From contig JAYWIR010000013.1 in NCBI GenBank assembly GCA_036172245.1, positions 1 to 64,000 of the forward strand: DNA of 64,000 nt, in the 5' to 3' direction. The DNA is from Raillietiella orientalis (taxonomy: Eukaryota). The notes below the pieces were generated by a model, which did not search any database, was not told where the DNA came from, and was given only the letters and a program-made list of their open reading frames with translations. Both the position numbers and the translations under genes were made by a program. Positions 25,501 to 37,089 of the stretch are shown here, piece by piece. The stretch's first letter is position 1; the number at the start of each line of letters is the position of its first letter.

Positions 25501-28500
25501 TCGAGGCAGAGCGTCGAGATCACGCCGTGGCTGGAGAAGAACTTAGAGAAGGGATTCAGGATAGGCGCCGACCCCTTCCTCTTCGATCACCAGACGTGGA
25601 TGAGATGGAAGGAGCACCTGGGTTCGTTCTCCCGAAAAGAGCGCCACAGAGAGACCGCACGCTCTCCCCCTTTCCTTTTTCTATTTACTTTCTTCCCCTC
25701 AGGTGAACGTGACTTCGGGCTGATTCCCCTGAATTTCCACCCGGTCGACAAGATCTGGGAGGACCGCCCGCCGTGCTCTAGCAACGCTATCTACCCTCTG
25801 GATTTGAAGTACACAGGTGACTTTTGAGATGGCAGCACGCACCGAGCTCCCCCGTTCTCGTAACGCGCTCCTGCCTCTCTCTGCGTATCTCGTCGGCGAT
25901 GGTGGAGGACGGGAGAAAAGAGGGGAAGGCTCGAGTCGTGCACCAACCCCCTCCGCACCATCCCGCACCCCGCCTGTTGCCACGGCTAACAGCGTTGTGT
26001 GCCGAGGCACAGCAACAGCACTGCCGCCTCTCGTGCGCTTCCTTTTGGAAGGGGTGGCTGATTCTTTTTGCCTTTCCCCGAGAGCGTCCTCCCCTCGCCG
26101 TCGATCGCAGCTCTCCGGATGAGCGACGCTAACGAAGGGCAAGAGTTCTCCCTCTCTCCCTCATCCTCCCCACCATCGCGGGCCGTCGGAAACGCTTTTC
26201 GCGAGGCACTCTTTGCAACTGTCTCCTTCCCCCCATTCCCTTCCGCCCACTGACCTACCCTTTCCCTCTGGCGCAGGGGAAAACTGGGAGAAGAAGATAC
26301 AGAAGCTAAGGAGGTATATGGAGAGGCACAAGGTGGACGTGGTGGTCCTGAGCGCCCCCGACGAGATCGCGTGGCTGCTGAACCTCCGTGGATACGACAG
26401 CGTGCGCCTGCCTCTGTTCAGGTAAGGGTCAGAGGGCAGGCCGAAGCCGCGCCGCCCCTCTCCGCGGGAGCCCACAGCCGTCCTTCTTCTTCAGGGGATA
26501 CGTGATCGCCGAGAGGAACCGGACCACCCTTTTCGTCGACCTGGAGAAGGTCACCGACGAGGTCAGGCGCTACCTGGACGCCGACAGCTGCCTCGCGGAA
26601 GGGAGCGTCAGCTGCGTGAGGTGCGCGGAACGGGAATGGGGAGAGGGGAGTCTCACCATCCTTCCCCCGCCCCTCCATAAAGGATCCAGGCCTATGGAAG
26701 GGTCCTGAAGTACCTGGACGACAACGAGGTCTACTGGAGGAGGATCTTGTTGCCTGGAAAGCAACATCTCCACGGGGGCACCAGCTTCGCCTTTTACTCG
26801 TCGGTGCGTGAGGTCGCGCAGCGCGAGGTCACCCCGCGCCTTTTCCAGGTCAGAAGCAAGGAAAAGGTCGTGGTCCACCGCTCTCCCGTAGCCCATATGA
26901 TGAGCATCAAAAACCCGAAGGAGCTGCAGGGGATGCAGCGAGCCTCCGTCAAGGACGCGGTTGCCTTCTGCGACTTCATGGCGGCCCTTGAGAATTCCGT
27001 AAGCGGGGGCTCCCGTCCTTCCCCATCCCTCGATCCTTCCCCTCCCTCCCTCCCCCAAGAAGGTCGTAAGACCGAGGGAGGAGGGCGGCGGGAGTGGAAG
27101 ATCCCTTTGTGGCCTCGGCGGCTGGCGGACGGGTGGCCATTTCTTCCTCCTGGCTGCTCCGAGGGGATGACCTCCTCTCCTCCGCTCTCAGATCTCCGGC
27201 GGGGCCGCATGGAGCCATCAGGACGCCGTCGGCGAGCTGAAGACCAGGCTGGCGGTTCAGGAGGACTTCATGGGATTCAGCGTGAACCCCCAGTCGGCCT
27301 CGGGGAACGCCTCCGCGGTGCCAGGGCGCAGCCCGGACAGGTTGCCCGTCGACGGGGGATCTCTGTACCTGCTGGACTTCGGGGCGCAATACAAGGGTAC
27401 CGACACCCTCCGGGGACAGCTGCGGGAGTCTTCCCCTCCCGCTCTTCTCCGCCCGCAGATGGCACCACCCGCGTAAGCAGGGTCGCGGCCTTCGGGAGGC
27501 CGGAGCCCCTTCAGGCGGAGATGTACACGCGCGTCCTCATGGGACTCATCGACCTCGCCAACCTGACCTTCCCCCTTCAGACGCTGGACCGTGAACTGGA
27601 CCAAGTGGCCCGCAGGCACCTGCACGAGGCCGGGTCGAACTTTCCGCACGCCACGGCTCACGGCATGGGGACGTTTCTGACCCCTGAAGAAGGTTCGTGT
27701 TCCGGTCCCTTCCCACCCCCTCTTCATCCCTGTACGCTTGCAGGGAGCCTGCTCGTGGAGGCTAACGGAGGCAAGGGCACGCCCCTGGAGGAGAACCAGG
27801 TGCTTCTGGCAGGTAACGGAAGATGGGGAGCTGGCCGGACAAAAGCAGGGGTGGGGTCCCCTTCCTCCCCTCGGAACATAAGGGTGTGTGTGAGCGGAGG
27901 AAGTGCGGAGAGAGTGAAGCACAGAGCGGGAAGGGCGGGCCGCTTCCTCTCCCTCCCTTCCCTTCTCTTTTTCTCCACTTTCTCTGTCGTCCAGAGCCGG
28001 CCTACTACGACCAGCCAGCGGGGTTCGGCATCCGACTGGGCAGCACTCTGAAGGTCGTCAAGGTAACCGAGGTCCTCTGCTTTCCTTCGCTCCCCTCCCC
28101 TCTGCCCCTCCAGAAGGCGAAGGACTTCCTGGGCTTCGAGATGCTGACACTGGTCCCGTTCGACCACCGGCTGCTGCAGGTGGAGCTCATGACGTGGGCG
28201 CAGGTGAGTACCCCTGGCCTCTCCCGTCTTTCCCCGACCCCCTTCCCTCCCCTCGGGATGGCAAACTCCACTCCCGACGCGCCTTTGGGTCTTGCAGACG
28301 CGGTGGCTCAACCAGCACAACGCCAGGATCCGCATGCAGGTCGGTCAGGAGCTCAAGCGCCAAGGGAAGACCCGGGCCTTCTCCTGGATGATGTCCAGGA
28401 CAGGCCACGTCTACAGAAACTGCAACGGAGCCAATTTGGCGGACAGAAAGACGACCTCTCTTCTGCTGCTGCTGCTGCTGCCCGCCTTCCTGGCGACCGC

Positions 28501-28516
28501 GGGTTTCCCTCCCTAA
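19519..28516 (+). CDS. Aminopeptidase P family (M24B), XPNPEP2-like secreted/GPI-anchored protein, 699 aa, probably catalytically inactive. Exons: 19519-19573, 21611-21804, 21858-22034, 25489-25621, 25703-25816, 26277-26421, 26495-26620, 26683-26803, 26849-26998, 27192-27396, 27459-27692, 27744-27812, 27995-28062, 28114-28203, 28298-28516
   Basis: All 14 introns are GT-AG with compatible phases, giving 2100 nt with no internal stop. Family motifs: IPSEDHHQ, YLTGFSG, DEIAWLLNLRG, KNPKELQGM, YLLDFGAQYKDGTT, EPAYY..FGIR, FEMLTLVPF, WLNQHN. N-terminal signal peptide MLICCWCFLLAAG (exon 1 is the least certain) and a hydrophobic C-terminal tail LLLLLLLPAFLATAG. Confidence 0.9.
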
Positions 28517-28649
28517 CGACGGCGTCTGAAAGAGCCGCCAAGTCCTTTCCCTCGGGGGGTCCACTCGCGAGAGGCAGTAAACCTCAAGTCAGCGAAGGGT
28601 GTAAACGTGAGAAGGGAGTAAGGGGGTCGCTAGATCGGGATGAGATGGG

Positions 28650-31600
28650 GCACGGGGACGAGAGGAATGGATAGGCGGCTCTTTGCCCAAGTCCCTGCGT
28701 GGTTGACTCTCCGCCCGCAACCCTTCCTTCTGCGGAGGCAGGAGTAGGCGCTCCCCCTCGGGCAAGGAGGAGGGTCACGGCGTCTACGGAGGTGAGGGAT
28801 CGGTGCCGCCTCCCTTCCGCTCTGGTGAGGTGGCTCCTGGCCCAGCTTCCCCTTGGGAGGACGAGAGGAGCAGAGTGGCTCGAAGAAAAGCTACAGAGGC
28901 CCTATTTTGAGGACGATGACGAGGATCCGTTCGACCTGGCTCCCGTTCCTCCGGGATGGCGGCAACGCCGGTCATCGGAGAACTTTGCCGGTCTCCTGCA
29001 GCGGTTGCGCAAACTTCGTTTCCTTCCCTGATCCGACTGGCGGCGGATCAACTCGTTCGGAACACCGCGTGCACGTCAGAACCGAGCGCGCCTGCGGATT
29101 CAAAGTCCGGAGCCGCGGTCCAGTGTTGACCACCTAGTGGATCTCCACGCACGTCTCGACTCGCGCTCGCTATAACCATCTGCGAGTTTTTGCAGGATGC
29201 GCCTGATCTTACAGGCAGGCGCCCTTCGGCGGCCGACGCTGGGTTGCAACATTCTTCCTTGGCACGATTTCCAGGACTTCTGCTACTGCCATATCCTTAC
29301 CTCGGCGCTGTTTTCGTCTTGCCACGGTGCTCGTGATGAAGAAGTCCACTGCTGCTGCTCTTGCCAAAGGGTTGTGCGCAAGAGCCTCTCTGGGAAAGAC
29401 TTCCTCTAAGGATCTCCGTCCTCGTGTTGCATCCGGGGCCACAGTTTCCTCTTATTCTGCAGTCGCGTGCCAGAGCTCGGTGGGCGAACGTGTGAAGCTC
29501 GGTTTTCCTCGCATCTTCCCGGGTCGCGCTCTGAGCACCGGCTTGGGGGCCATCATGCGGGAGACCCTCCGCTGTCAAACCAGTGGGAAGAGCTCATCCC
29601 GTGTTTGCGATGGCAGATCCGCCCTGCAGACCACGTGCTGATCGCTCTGCATTTGGTCCGGGAGCATCCGGCTGTGAGGACTTTTCCTCCATGTCTCTTC
29701 CCAAGCTGCGATCTTTCCGTATCGCTTCCCGGACTCTGCGCGTTTGTTCTCACCTTCCTTTCGGGGGCTTCCTGGTTTCGCAGATGAACTTTCCTCTCGA
29801 GGTCTCCATGAGCCGTGATGGCCTCCTCTAGTTTACGCTCCCCCTCTGAACGAACCGATCGCCGCCTTCCGGTCTGCGACGAATGGAACTGACCTGCTGC
29901 TGAAAGGTGGGACAGGAAGCAGGAAATCTCCAGGGACAACGGAAATCCTCTCGAGTACTTTTCTGATTCGCTGCTTTCCTTCCAGCTTTTTTTTTGTTTT
30001 TTTCTTGCGGGTTTCGGTTACTAAGGTACTACTGAAGCGCCCGAAAGCTCATGAAGCTCTTGAGTGCTCTCCACGCCGCTCGAGGGTGAGTCTTCACTCT
30101 TCAAGTTACGGAGGAGGGACAACCCCGGAAGGACCACCATATGAATCAAGGAAGACTCCAGAGGAAGGAGTCCGTTCCTCTAACGCTTAATAAGCATCCG
30201 GGGTTTCCGTCTTCCATCAGTGCCGCTCTAGAAACACACTGGCCAACCAGTGTCGTCCTGCGGTGGAACTCGTAAACCCATGTCGCACCCATTTCTCGAC
30301 GTCAATTTTCCAAGTGGGGACTCGAACCCACAGGACGCATTCATTGTTTTTCAGGGGGGGAACAAGCAAACCCTCAAAAAATGCCTTGCTGCCCAGGATA
30401 GTCTGTGCAGATTCCGCAACACCGCTTTCTTGTGTGAGGTCTCTATGCGTTTTCACCAACAAGAGTTGAACTCTTCCGGACCAGCTCCACTTTTGTGTCC
30501 CTCCCTCCCCTCCCGATCACCAGCGTCCCCTTTCTTCTGCTTCTCGCTGGAGCAGTTGGGCATGCCTTTTCCACTTGGGGGCTCTGGCCCGACCTCACAG
30601 TTCTCTCCTGGACGCAGCATCTCCGACCGCACCACCACGTAATCGCGCTGGATGGTCTTCACCATTCTTCCTGGAGCGGTGCCCTCTGACGTTCCTCGCG
30701 CTCCTGGCAAAAGGGGAACCTTCGCATTTTTCGTCTGGTGGTCTCTCCTTCAGCTTCCTCTCGGGAGGCTGCCGTTGCCTCCCGTTCGCGCCGCTCGCCC
30801 TTCTTTCACGTCACCTTTTAGACTACGCGCCGAGGCTCTCGCTGTCTTGGTCAGCCTAGGGAAGCGTTGTCCTGGGTCTGCCGTTCGGTTTGGAGTGGTG
30901 CCCGCCGTGGCCAGGCGTGTAGGAGAATGCGCATCACGGGATCGGCTTTTCCTGGCTCCTTCTTCCCGCTCCTGCTCCCGGTCTTTCCCACTCCTCGGCT
31001 CTAGAGGGTTCACCCAAATGCTGCTTGATTTGCCCGTTACTTGTCGCAAGACGACCCGCCGGCGTCTTCAATGCAGGCTGCCCCTCCTCTCCCCTCATCG
31101 CCTCTTCTTTCCGCTCCGAAGAACTTCGCCTCCCTGGTAGCGACTTTTTCCGTCGCAGCTTCCCTCCTCGTCTCTTCCGGCTCGCTCGCTGGCGGAAGGA
31201 TGATCTCCGGAGGGATGGTCGCTGGACTTACTTACCGCCATTCTCTTCGAGTGAGGCTTGACTCCTCCCGCTTCACCTTTTTCTCTATCTTACTCTCCGA
31301 TGGGGAGGGCATTGTCGCGCCTTCCACTTCCGCGAACGAGCGCCGCTGCGGTTTCCGTTAGTTTCACTTAAGCGCTTTCCTCGTTAGGCTGCAGAAGCGT
31401 CACTGCTGCGCAGGGACGCACGCGGGAAGTGACCCTGCTGACCACAACGACAGCTCCTCGCCGTAAGGCGAGCCCCGACTCTGTGGCCTAACCACATTAG
31501 TTGCACCTCGTATAGAGGATTCTCCGGCAGTGGTGCGTGGAGGAAGCGAGTAAACGCGCGCTCACAGCAGGCATATGGATGTCCACCCGGGAGAAAAAAG

Positions 31601-31750
31601 CTCTTTGCTTGTTGACGCACGAAAGGACTGTTTGTCTGATCCCTTCCAGAGAGAGATCCGCCTTATAAACATCCGTCCTGCCGCTCATTGATGTTCGACC
31701 GCTGCGAACTTGCGATCCTCTTACCCCCTCCCCATCGTAAAGTCAGCTGC
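28650..31750 (-). mobile_element. Decayed L1/Tx1-like LINE (ORF1 about 31750-30600; ORF2 remnants to about 28650), interrupted by a SINE-like copy
   Basis: ORF1 knuckle SCRCGQQGH (about 31430-31460), then an R/S-rich region, then degenerate RT motifs in order: DFESA (about 29100) and TSVDAVTLL (YADD-like, about 28780). Confidence 0.5.
29938..30340 (-). mobile_element. SINE-like repeat copy (B-box head joined to tail; internal deletion)
   Basis: GGGTTCGAGTCCC B-box, second box GAGTTCCACCGCAGGACGACACTGGTTGGCC, then GAGGAACGGACTCC...GATTCAT...ACTTGAAGAGT...A-run-GCTGGAAGGAAAGCAG...GGATTTCC, all shared with the other copies. Confidence 0.75.
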
Positions 31751-31789
31751 GGAAGTCCTTTGACTTGCATCTTCGTGAGTATCCGGTAT

Positions 31790-32045
31790 GAACTGCGAAT
31801 ACATCTGCCAATGCATCATGATATCTGCCAAGAATATCTGGGCACACATCATGGCATCTGCGAATAGGTCACGATATCTGCAATCAATATCTGCGAATAC
31901 ATGACGATATCTAAAAACACGTCATGATATCTGTAAACAGGTCATGATACCTGCAAGGAATATCCGAGCACACTTCATAATATCTGAGAATAGATCACAG
32001 TACCTGCAAGCAATACCTGCAAATGCATCGCAGTATCTGCAAATT
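31790..32045. repeat. Minisatellite of ATATCTGC-headed 20-nt and 13-nt units with a 126-nt higher-order period
   Basis: Units start at 31801, 31821, 31834, 31854, 31874, 31887, 31907, 31927, 31947, 31960, 31980, 32000, 32013 and 32033. The block starting at 31821 recurs at 31947. Confidence 0.85.
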
Positions 32046-32099
32046 TCGGTCGGCTCAATTTTCTGTAAGATTATTCTCTGGGATAGCGAGATAACCCAG

Positions 32100-32720
32100 T
32101 AGCATTGGTGACATCTGGGAAGGGAAGAATTCCACACTTCACGCTGTCCCTTGTTACTATAGGATGTCAACAAAAGTGAATTCGAGAATGCGGACGAGGG
32201 ATCACTGGCTCCAGAAGCTCCAAGACTTCTACTGGCAAATGGGCACGAGAGAAAAGTCTGGATGAGAAGCGAAACGAAGTTTGTAGCTTAGCATTGCCTT
32301 GGTACAGGACTCTTGGTCTTTCATTCCAACAATGTGATGAGATCACTTGTGCAGGAGGGCTCAAATACTGCCACACTATTCGTAGGAGCATCTGCGGAAA
32401 CAGCGTGGAAATCACGAAATCCTTGCTACCGAAGTTGCTGGGGCGCTCAGCTTGCCATCATCCCCTTCCTCTCATGTCCTCTCGCAGCTCCGTAGCAGAC
32501 TTGGTGAACCGAGATATACGCGTCTTCACAGGAATAGCGGATCTTCGATGCTGTATTCACCCAGGTTCGGAAGATCAGTGGACCGCTGTAATTAAAGAGA
32601 GAAAGATTCCATGATGGAGGATGGTCACTCTTTCCCTCCCGACACGACGAGGTACCTCTGGTCATTTCAGCGAAAGACAAGAGTGCCACACAACGGGAAA
32701 CTGATCTGACGATCACATCT
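32100..32720 (+). mobile_element. LINE ORF2 post-RT fragment
   Basis: WYRTLGL (KYLG-like)...SLLPKLL...WRMVTLSLPTRRGTSG (L.LP...GG.G-like). Confidence 0.35.
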
Positions 32721-33195
32721 CAGGCACCCTTGCAGTGAATTTTGCAAATGCTCTTTTCCAGCTTCTGAGAAGCACCATCTTCCGTCAAGTGATGGTGCTT
32801 CCTTGGCTGCGTGCTCCTGTATGAGGTACAGCCGTGCTTCACCTCCCAGAGCAGTGTACCCTGATGAAGAAAGAACGGAACACTATCCCAGAACTGCACT
32901 CTATAAGGAGAGAAGCTGGTGAGCAGCACTCGCAGTACCGGTCCCTAACCCCATATCATGTTCAGTGAAGCTCGCCTGGAGATGGACCGTTCCAGGGTGG
33001 GAGGTGGATTCAAGTGTTCCGCAGAGGCAAGACGACCGCATCCGAAAGAACGTAACCGACCGCAGGATCTTGAGTTTTCGGACGGAGGTCGGCATCCGGA
33101 GATATCAGTACAGAGGAAAATGTACCAAGTGTACCCAAATGTACCACTGTCCTCCAAGGAACCAGGAAGCCGGTCTCCTTCAGGGCTCCACCCCC
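32720..33195 (-). mobile_element. LINE ORF2 C-terminal zinc-finger fragment
   Basis: PTSVRKL...SSCLCGTLESTSH resembles the LPT..RL...C..CG..ES..H signature. Confidence 0.4.
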
Positions 33196-33199
33196 TCCA

Positions 33200-33735
33200 G
33201 TTGTGAAAATGGAGCCGTTCCATGGAGCTGGTTGGAATCTCCTTCGGGGGGTTGCTTCTCCAGAGTGCAAGAAGCGCTCTGCTCCTTTCGAGGATCGCCC
33301 TTCAGCGAAATTGGGAAGCGTCCCTTCGAGATTCTCTTCAAAAAAGTGGACAACAAGGAGCGCATCCTTTCCGATGTCCCTCCGAAGAGAATAACGAAGG
33401 AGATTCCCTTCGGAGTTCCCTTCGAAGACAACCAGGGCGAGGGTTCCATCAGGGTTACCCTCTCAAGCGTGAGAGGAATAGACTCCTTCTTCAGGATTCC
33501 TTCCTGGATTCATAGGGTGGTCCCTCAGGCGTTATTCTTCTACTTGAAAAGTGAACACGCACCCTTGGGTGGCGGGAAGAGTGTTTAAAGAGCTTTGTTA
33601 GTCCCTCCTAAGGAAGTCAACGGTTCTTCAACACTTTGCAAACCAAAGATAAAAAAGAAAACTCGAAAGAAAAAAAAAAAAAGGCTGGAAGGAAAGCAGA
33701 GAAAGCAAACAAACCCAAAAGGATTTCCATCATGA
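33200..33735 (+). mobile_element. SINE-like repeat copy (body + tail)
   Basis: Collinear similarity to 45975-46500(-) and 41040-41460(+); ends A-run-GGCTGGAAGGAAAGCAG...CCCAAAAGGATTTCC. Confidence 0.8.
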
Positions 33736-33799
33736 GGTTGGACAGCCGGCGTTATTCACCCTAAAGCTACAGTGCTGCCATCAGTATGCCATCGTGTGA

Positions 33800-35900
33800 T
33801 GAACAGGGAATGTGTTTTCATTTCATCATTCTCACAAGAGAGGTAGACACTCTCAAGTACGTTCGGCTCCGATCCTTGTCATGAGAAGGCTGTTCGGAAT
33901 TTTAAGTTGCTGAAGCAAGGGAGGGTAACTTTTCAGACGTGAGCCGTGGTGCAGGGTTGACTAACTAACCTTCACGAAAAGGCACCCCAATTTGTCCTGA
34001 TTATCAGCTGTCATTGCATATCTCGGAACGATAACAGCTGAGGTGGGCATGGCGACTGCCAAATCAATAGTTGATTTCGTCATCACTCCCTGCAGTGCTT
34101 ACGATCTTTGGTTGTGCTTTGCAGAATACTGCAGCGAAGGAACGGACCATCCAGCCTTCTTCCTCGTTTGCACTGCTCCATCAACGACGTTTTGTTTGAG
34201 TTAAACCGGCTCGTTTTGCTTCCCTTCTTCCAGCTTTGCCATGGGAGCCAGAGGCAGCTCTACAATTATCGAAGATCTCTGCCTTGCACCCAGTTTTAAT
34301 GTTGGCTGTTTGGAGGCTCTCACATCGCCAACCAAAAAACTTGACTCCCTTTGTTTTCACTGCACCGTAAACATCGATGATTGCCAGAAAACAAAGACAC
34401 CCAAACCCAGGCGAGTCTGAGCAGTGCCGATGCCACAGTGTCAATGCCTCTTCCATTCTTCGTTTCACTTTAGCATTCCCTCTTCGTTTCACATGCAGTG
34501 TGGCATTCATAGTACGAGAACTTCTTAAATTCATTTTGGTTTTCCTACAGGAACTCGGCCGATTTCTGGACACTCAGAAGTGCTTTGGCAACAGTCTCCA
34601 TCAATTACTGCGCCATGGTGCCCGGTCTCAGAGGTGTCACGAGATCACCTCAAGGAACGCAGTGATAAAATTCGCCTTCCTCCTCCAACCACAGACTTTT
34701 GAGTCATTCTCCGGTCTCATTTTGCCATGTGCGGACTCCCAGAGGCACATACCAGGACCTCGTCTTCTAGAGAAACTCTCGTGCGTTCCCTCGGTGATTG
34801 CTCGCATCACTGTCCAAGCGGTCCAGCTTTGTTCCTGACACGAAGATCCCTTGCTTCGCCAGCGATCTTCTGCTTACTTGTGCGAACACGCTTTCTCCAG
34901 CTGATCGGCTGCGCGCCTGCGATGGTTTCCCGCGTCTGCGAGAACGGATTCAAGATGGGGAGCGTCGTCGAAGGTTCGTGGAAGGGCGAGAAACTTCCGC
35001 TCGCCTCTTTACTACCCCTTTCTCGAGTTCGCTCCCTCGTCTTAGCCGTCTGCCGCTCATTTTGCGATTCGAGAAGATTTCAGCTCTTTTTTCTGACTCC
35101 TGCTGAAGAAATCTCCTCTCGTCGAATCTCTGTCGAATTCTTTCTTTTCTTTTTCCTGTTTCCGGTTCTGAAGTACTTCCGGCAACGGAGAAAGATTCAA
35201 TGCAAGCAGCTCCATTTTCTTCTGCGACTTGAAAGTGCAAAGGATGTTTTGAAATGTCTTCGTTGGCATGTCTGTTTCAAGGCAAAAGAGTTCTGGAGTG
35301 CACATGAAGAGGATGGGAGTTCCAGGTGAGCACGTGGGATCAAAGGCTGGATCTAGTGAGAGCGATAAAGGAGTTTTCATTATCGTCGTTCTTCGAACTG
35401 GTGGAGTGGAAAGGGTTTCGAAACGACACTCCTCCATCAACCTGCGATGTTTCGTAGCTCCTCAGTGCCATCTATTCAAAACCTTGGGAAAGCTTCTTTC
35501 CCGCCATTTTTACAATCCATCTAAAAGAACGGAGTTTGATCCTCTGAGTACAACGAGAGGTGCTTGTTTGACTCGAGCTGTTGTTGCTGCGGACTTCGTC
35601 TGAATGCTCTATCCGGCTGTTGGACACTCAGAGGGTGCGCGTCCACTGTGTCTCGTGGAGACTCCGTTTGCTGGAACTCAGGTTCACACGTCTCGCGCCC
35701 TGCCCGAGCACGTGCAGGGGAGCTACCGTAGGGCTTCGCCGCTTCTTGAATTTTAGCAGGTCGACAACCAGCACTCGGATTGATGCTGGTGCTGCTCTGG
35801 AGACAAATAGGCGACCGGTTCTCAGTGTTTCATCTCCCCCCTCGTCTAACCTCCTCGAACGTTGTCGCGGATTCTTCGGAGGGACGGAAACATCGACAGT
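33800..35900 (-). mobile_element. Decayed LINE ORF1 + APE endonuclease remnant
   Basis: AIIDVYGA (NVYAP-like, about 34375) and KSTIDLAV (S.ID-like, about 34070) downstream of a charged, ORF1-like region. Confidence 0.4.
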
Positions 35901-35959
35901 GTGCCCAGATCCTGTTAAAGTTTCGAGTGAACCCCGGGATCGACTAACCGCAGTCACCA

Positions 35960-36465
35960 GCTCTCACTGCTTCCAGGACCTCCACCTTGCAATTTGATCC
36001 ACCAGAACGTCGTGTCTCTGAACTATAAGGATTGAATTGCGCACTGAGTGACAGCAAGAGTGGACCGTAGCATACCATCCCGTACCACTCCCCTTCCGCG
36101 AGTACGATGCACACCCTTTTCTTGCGAGCAGCGCTCTCATAGCTTTCACGGTGGAGCGTGTGTGAAGTGGTGGTCTGAGAATTGCATGCGCTCAGCGCAA
36201 GGTGACTCGAGACGCAAGGCGTTGTGCCATGCAGGAGATGCCTGACTGAGGTGTTCGACGAGTTATTGCCATGGCTACCCGCACCGGAGTCTACGGGTGC
36301 CCGGAGGTGGATTCATGTCTCTCGTAAGGCAACGGCTCTCCGGCTCGCCTCGACTGCCGTCCAAGCGTCTGTGCATGCAGCCATCGCTCGATGCCTCAGG
36401 TCGTGGAATCCGGCGGATGATGAGATCTACGGACTGTTGGCGCATCAATGGGGAATGCTGTAACC
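35960..36465 (+). mobile_element. Second RLE-type (NeSL/Utopia-like) C-terminal fragment
   Basis: ASVHAAIARCLRSWNPADDEIYGLL aligns with NQAFLIGALSSWDPENDRLLKLL of the 345-960 fragment. Confidence 0.4.
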
Positions 36466-36479
36466 ACGAGGAAACTCCA

Positions 36480-37085
36480 CGCCCGTGCTGGATGCCATGT
36501 GGCTGCGGTCTCCAGCCGTGGCACCACCAAGCATCACGGCCTCGAATACTCGGAAAAAATCGACGCCGAGAGAGGAGGGGGGGAGATGCGTCCTGGGGTT
36601 CGAGTTCTTCTCGAAAGATGACATTGGTTGGCCACCATTCATTCGGGTGTCATTGGTAGAGGTTCAAACCGGATACCCCCGTTAACTGGCTGGGATTGGA
36701 AGGTTGGCCCTTTGGCGTCCTTCCTGGAAACAGAATCAATGAGTCCGGTTTCCTTTGAGGTTCCCCCCCGGTTGTGCAAAGGAACCGTTCCTCCTCCCTC
36801 TCTCGTGAATGGACCTTCATCTCGTACCATGGAGCTGGTGCATTCATTGGTGATGTCTCTCCAAAGTGCATAAGAAGCGCGCTGCTCTCTTCAGGGAGCG
36901 CCCTTCTGAGAAATTTCGGAAGCCACCATTGTGTCTGGAATCCCATTTTCGGTGTCCCCTTCAGAGGAGGTGGAAACAGGGGGCGATCGTTCCATTGTGA
37001 GTTCCCTCCGTAGAAGAAACATCCGAGCAGATCCCTCCGGGTAGAATAACGAAAGAGATTCCTTTCGGAGTCCCCTTCGGATTTT
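36480..37085 (+). mobile_element. SINE-like repeat copy (head + body, 3'-truncated)
   Basis: GCCATGTGGCTGCGGTC...CTCGAATACTCGG...GGTTCGAGTTCTTC...GATGACATTGGTTG head, continuing into the body shared with the other copies. Confidence 0.8.
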
Positions 37086-37089
37086 GGCA

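Noticed and set aside
26747..28051. 434-aa single-exon ORF
   Set aside because: It is read-through of APP exons and short introns; the spliced model restores the family motifs in one frame.
30026..30070. Hammerhead-ribozyme-like string CTGAAG..GAAAGCT-CATGA-AGCTC on the antisense of the SINE-like tail
   Set aside because: The core lacks the conserved A9, stem II cannot form, stem I is out of register, and other copies lack GAAA. A simple hairpin explains the conservation better.
31790..32045. CRISPR-like periodicity
   Set aside because: Units are 13-20 nt, degenerate and lack unique spacers; the context is eukaryotic with no cas genes.
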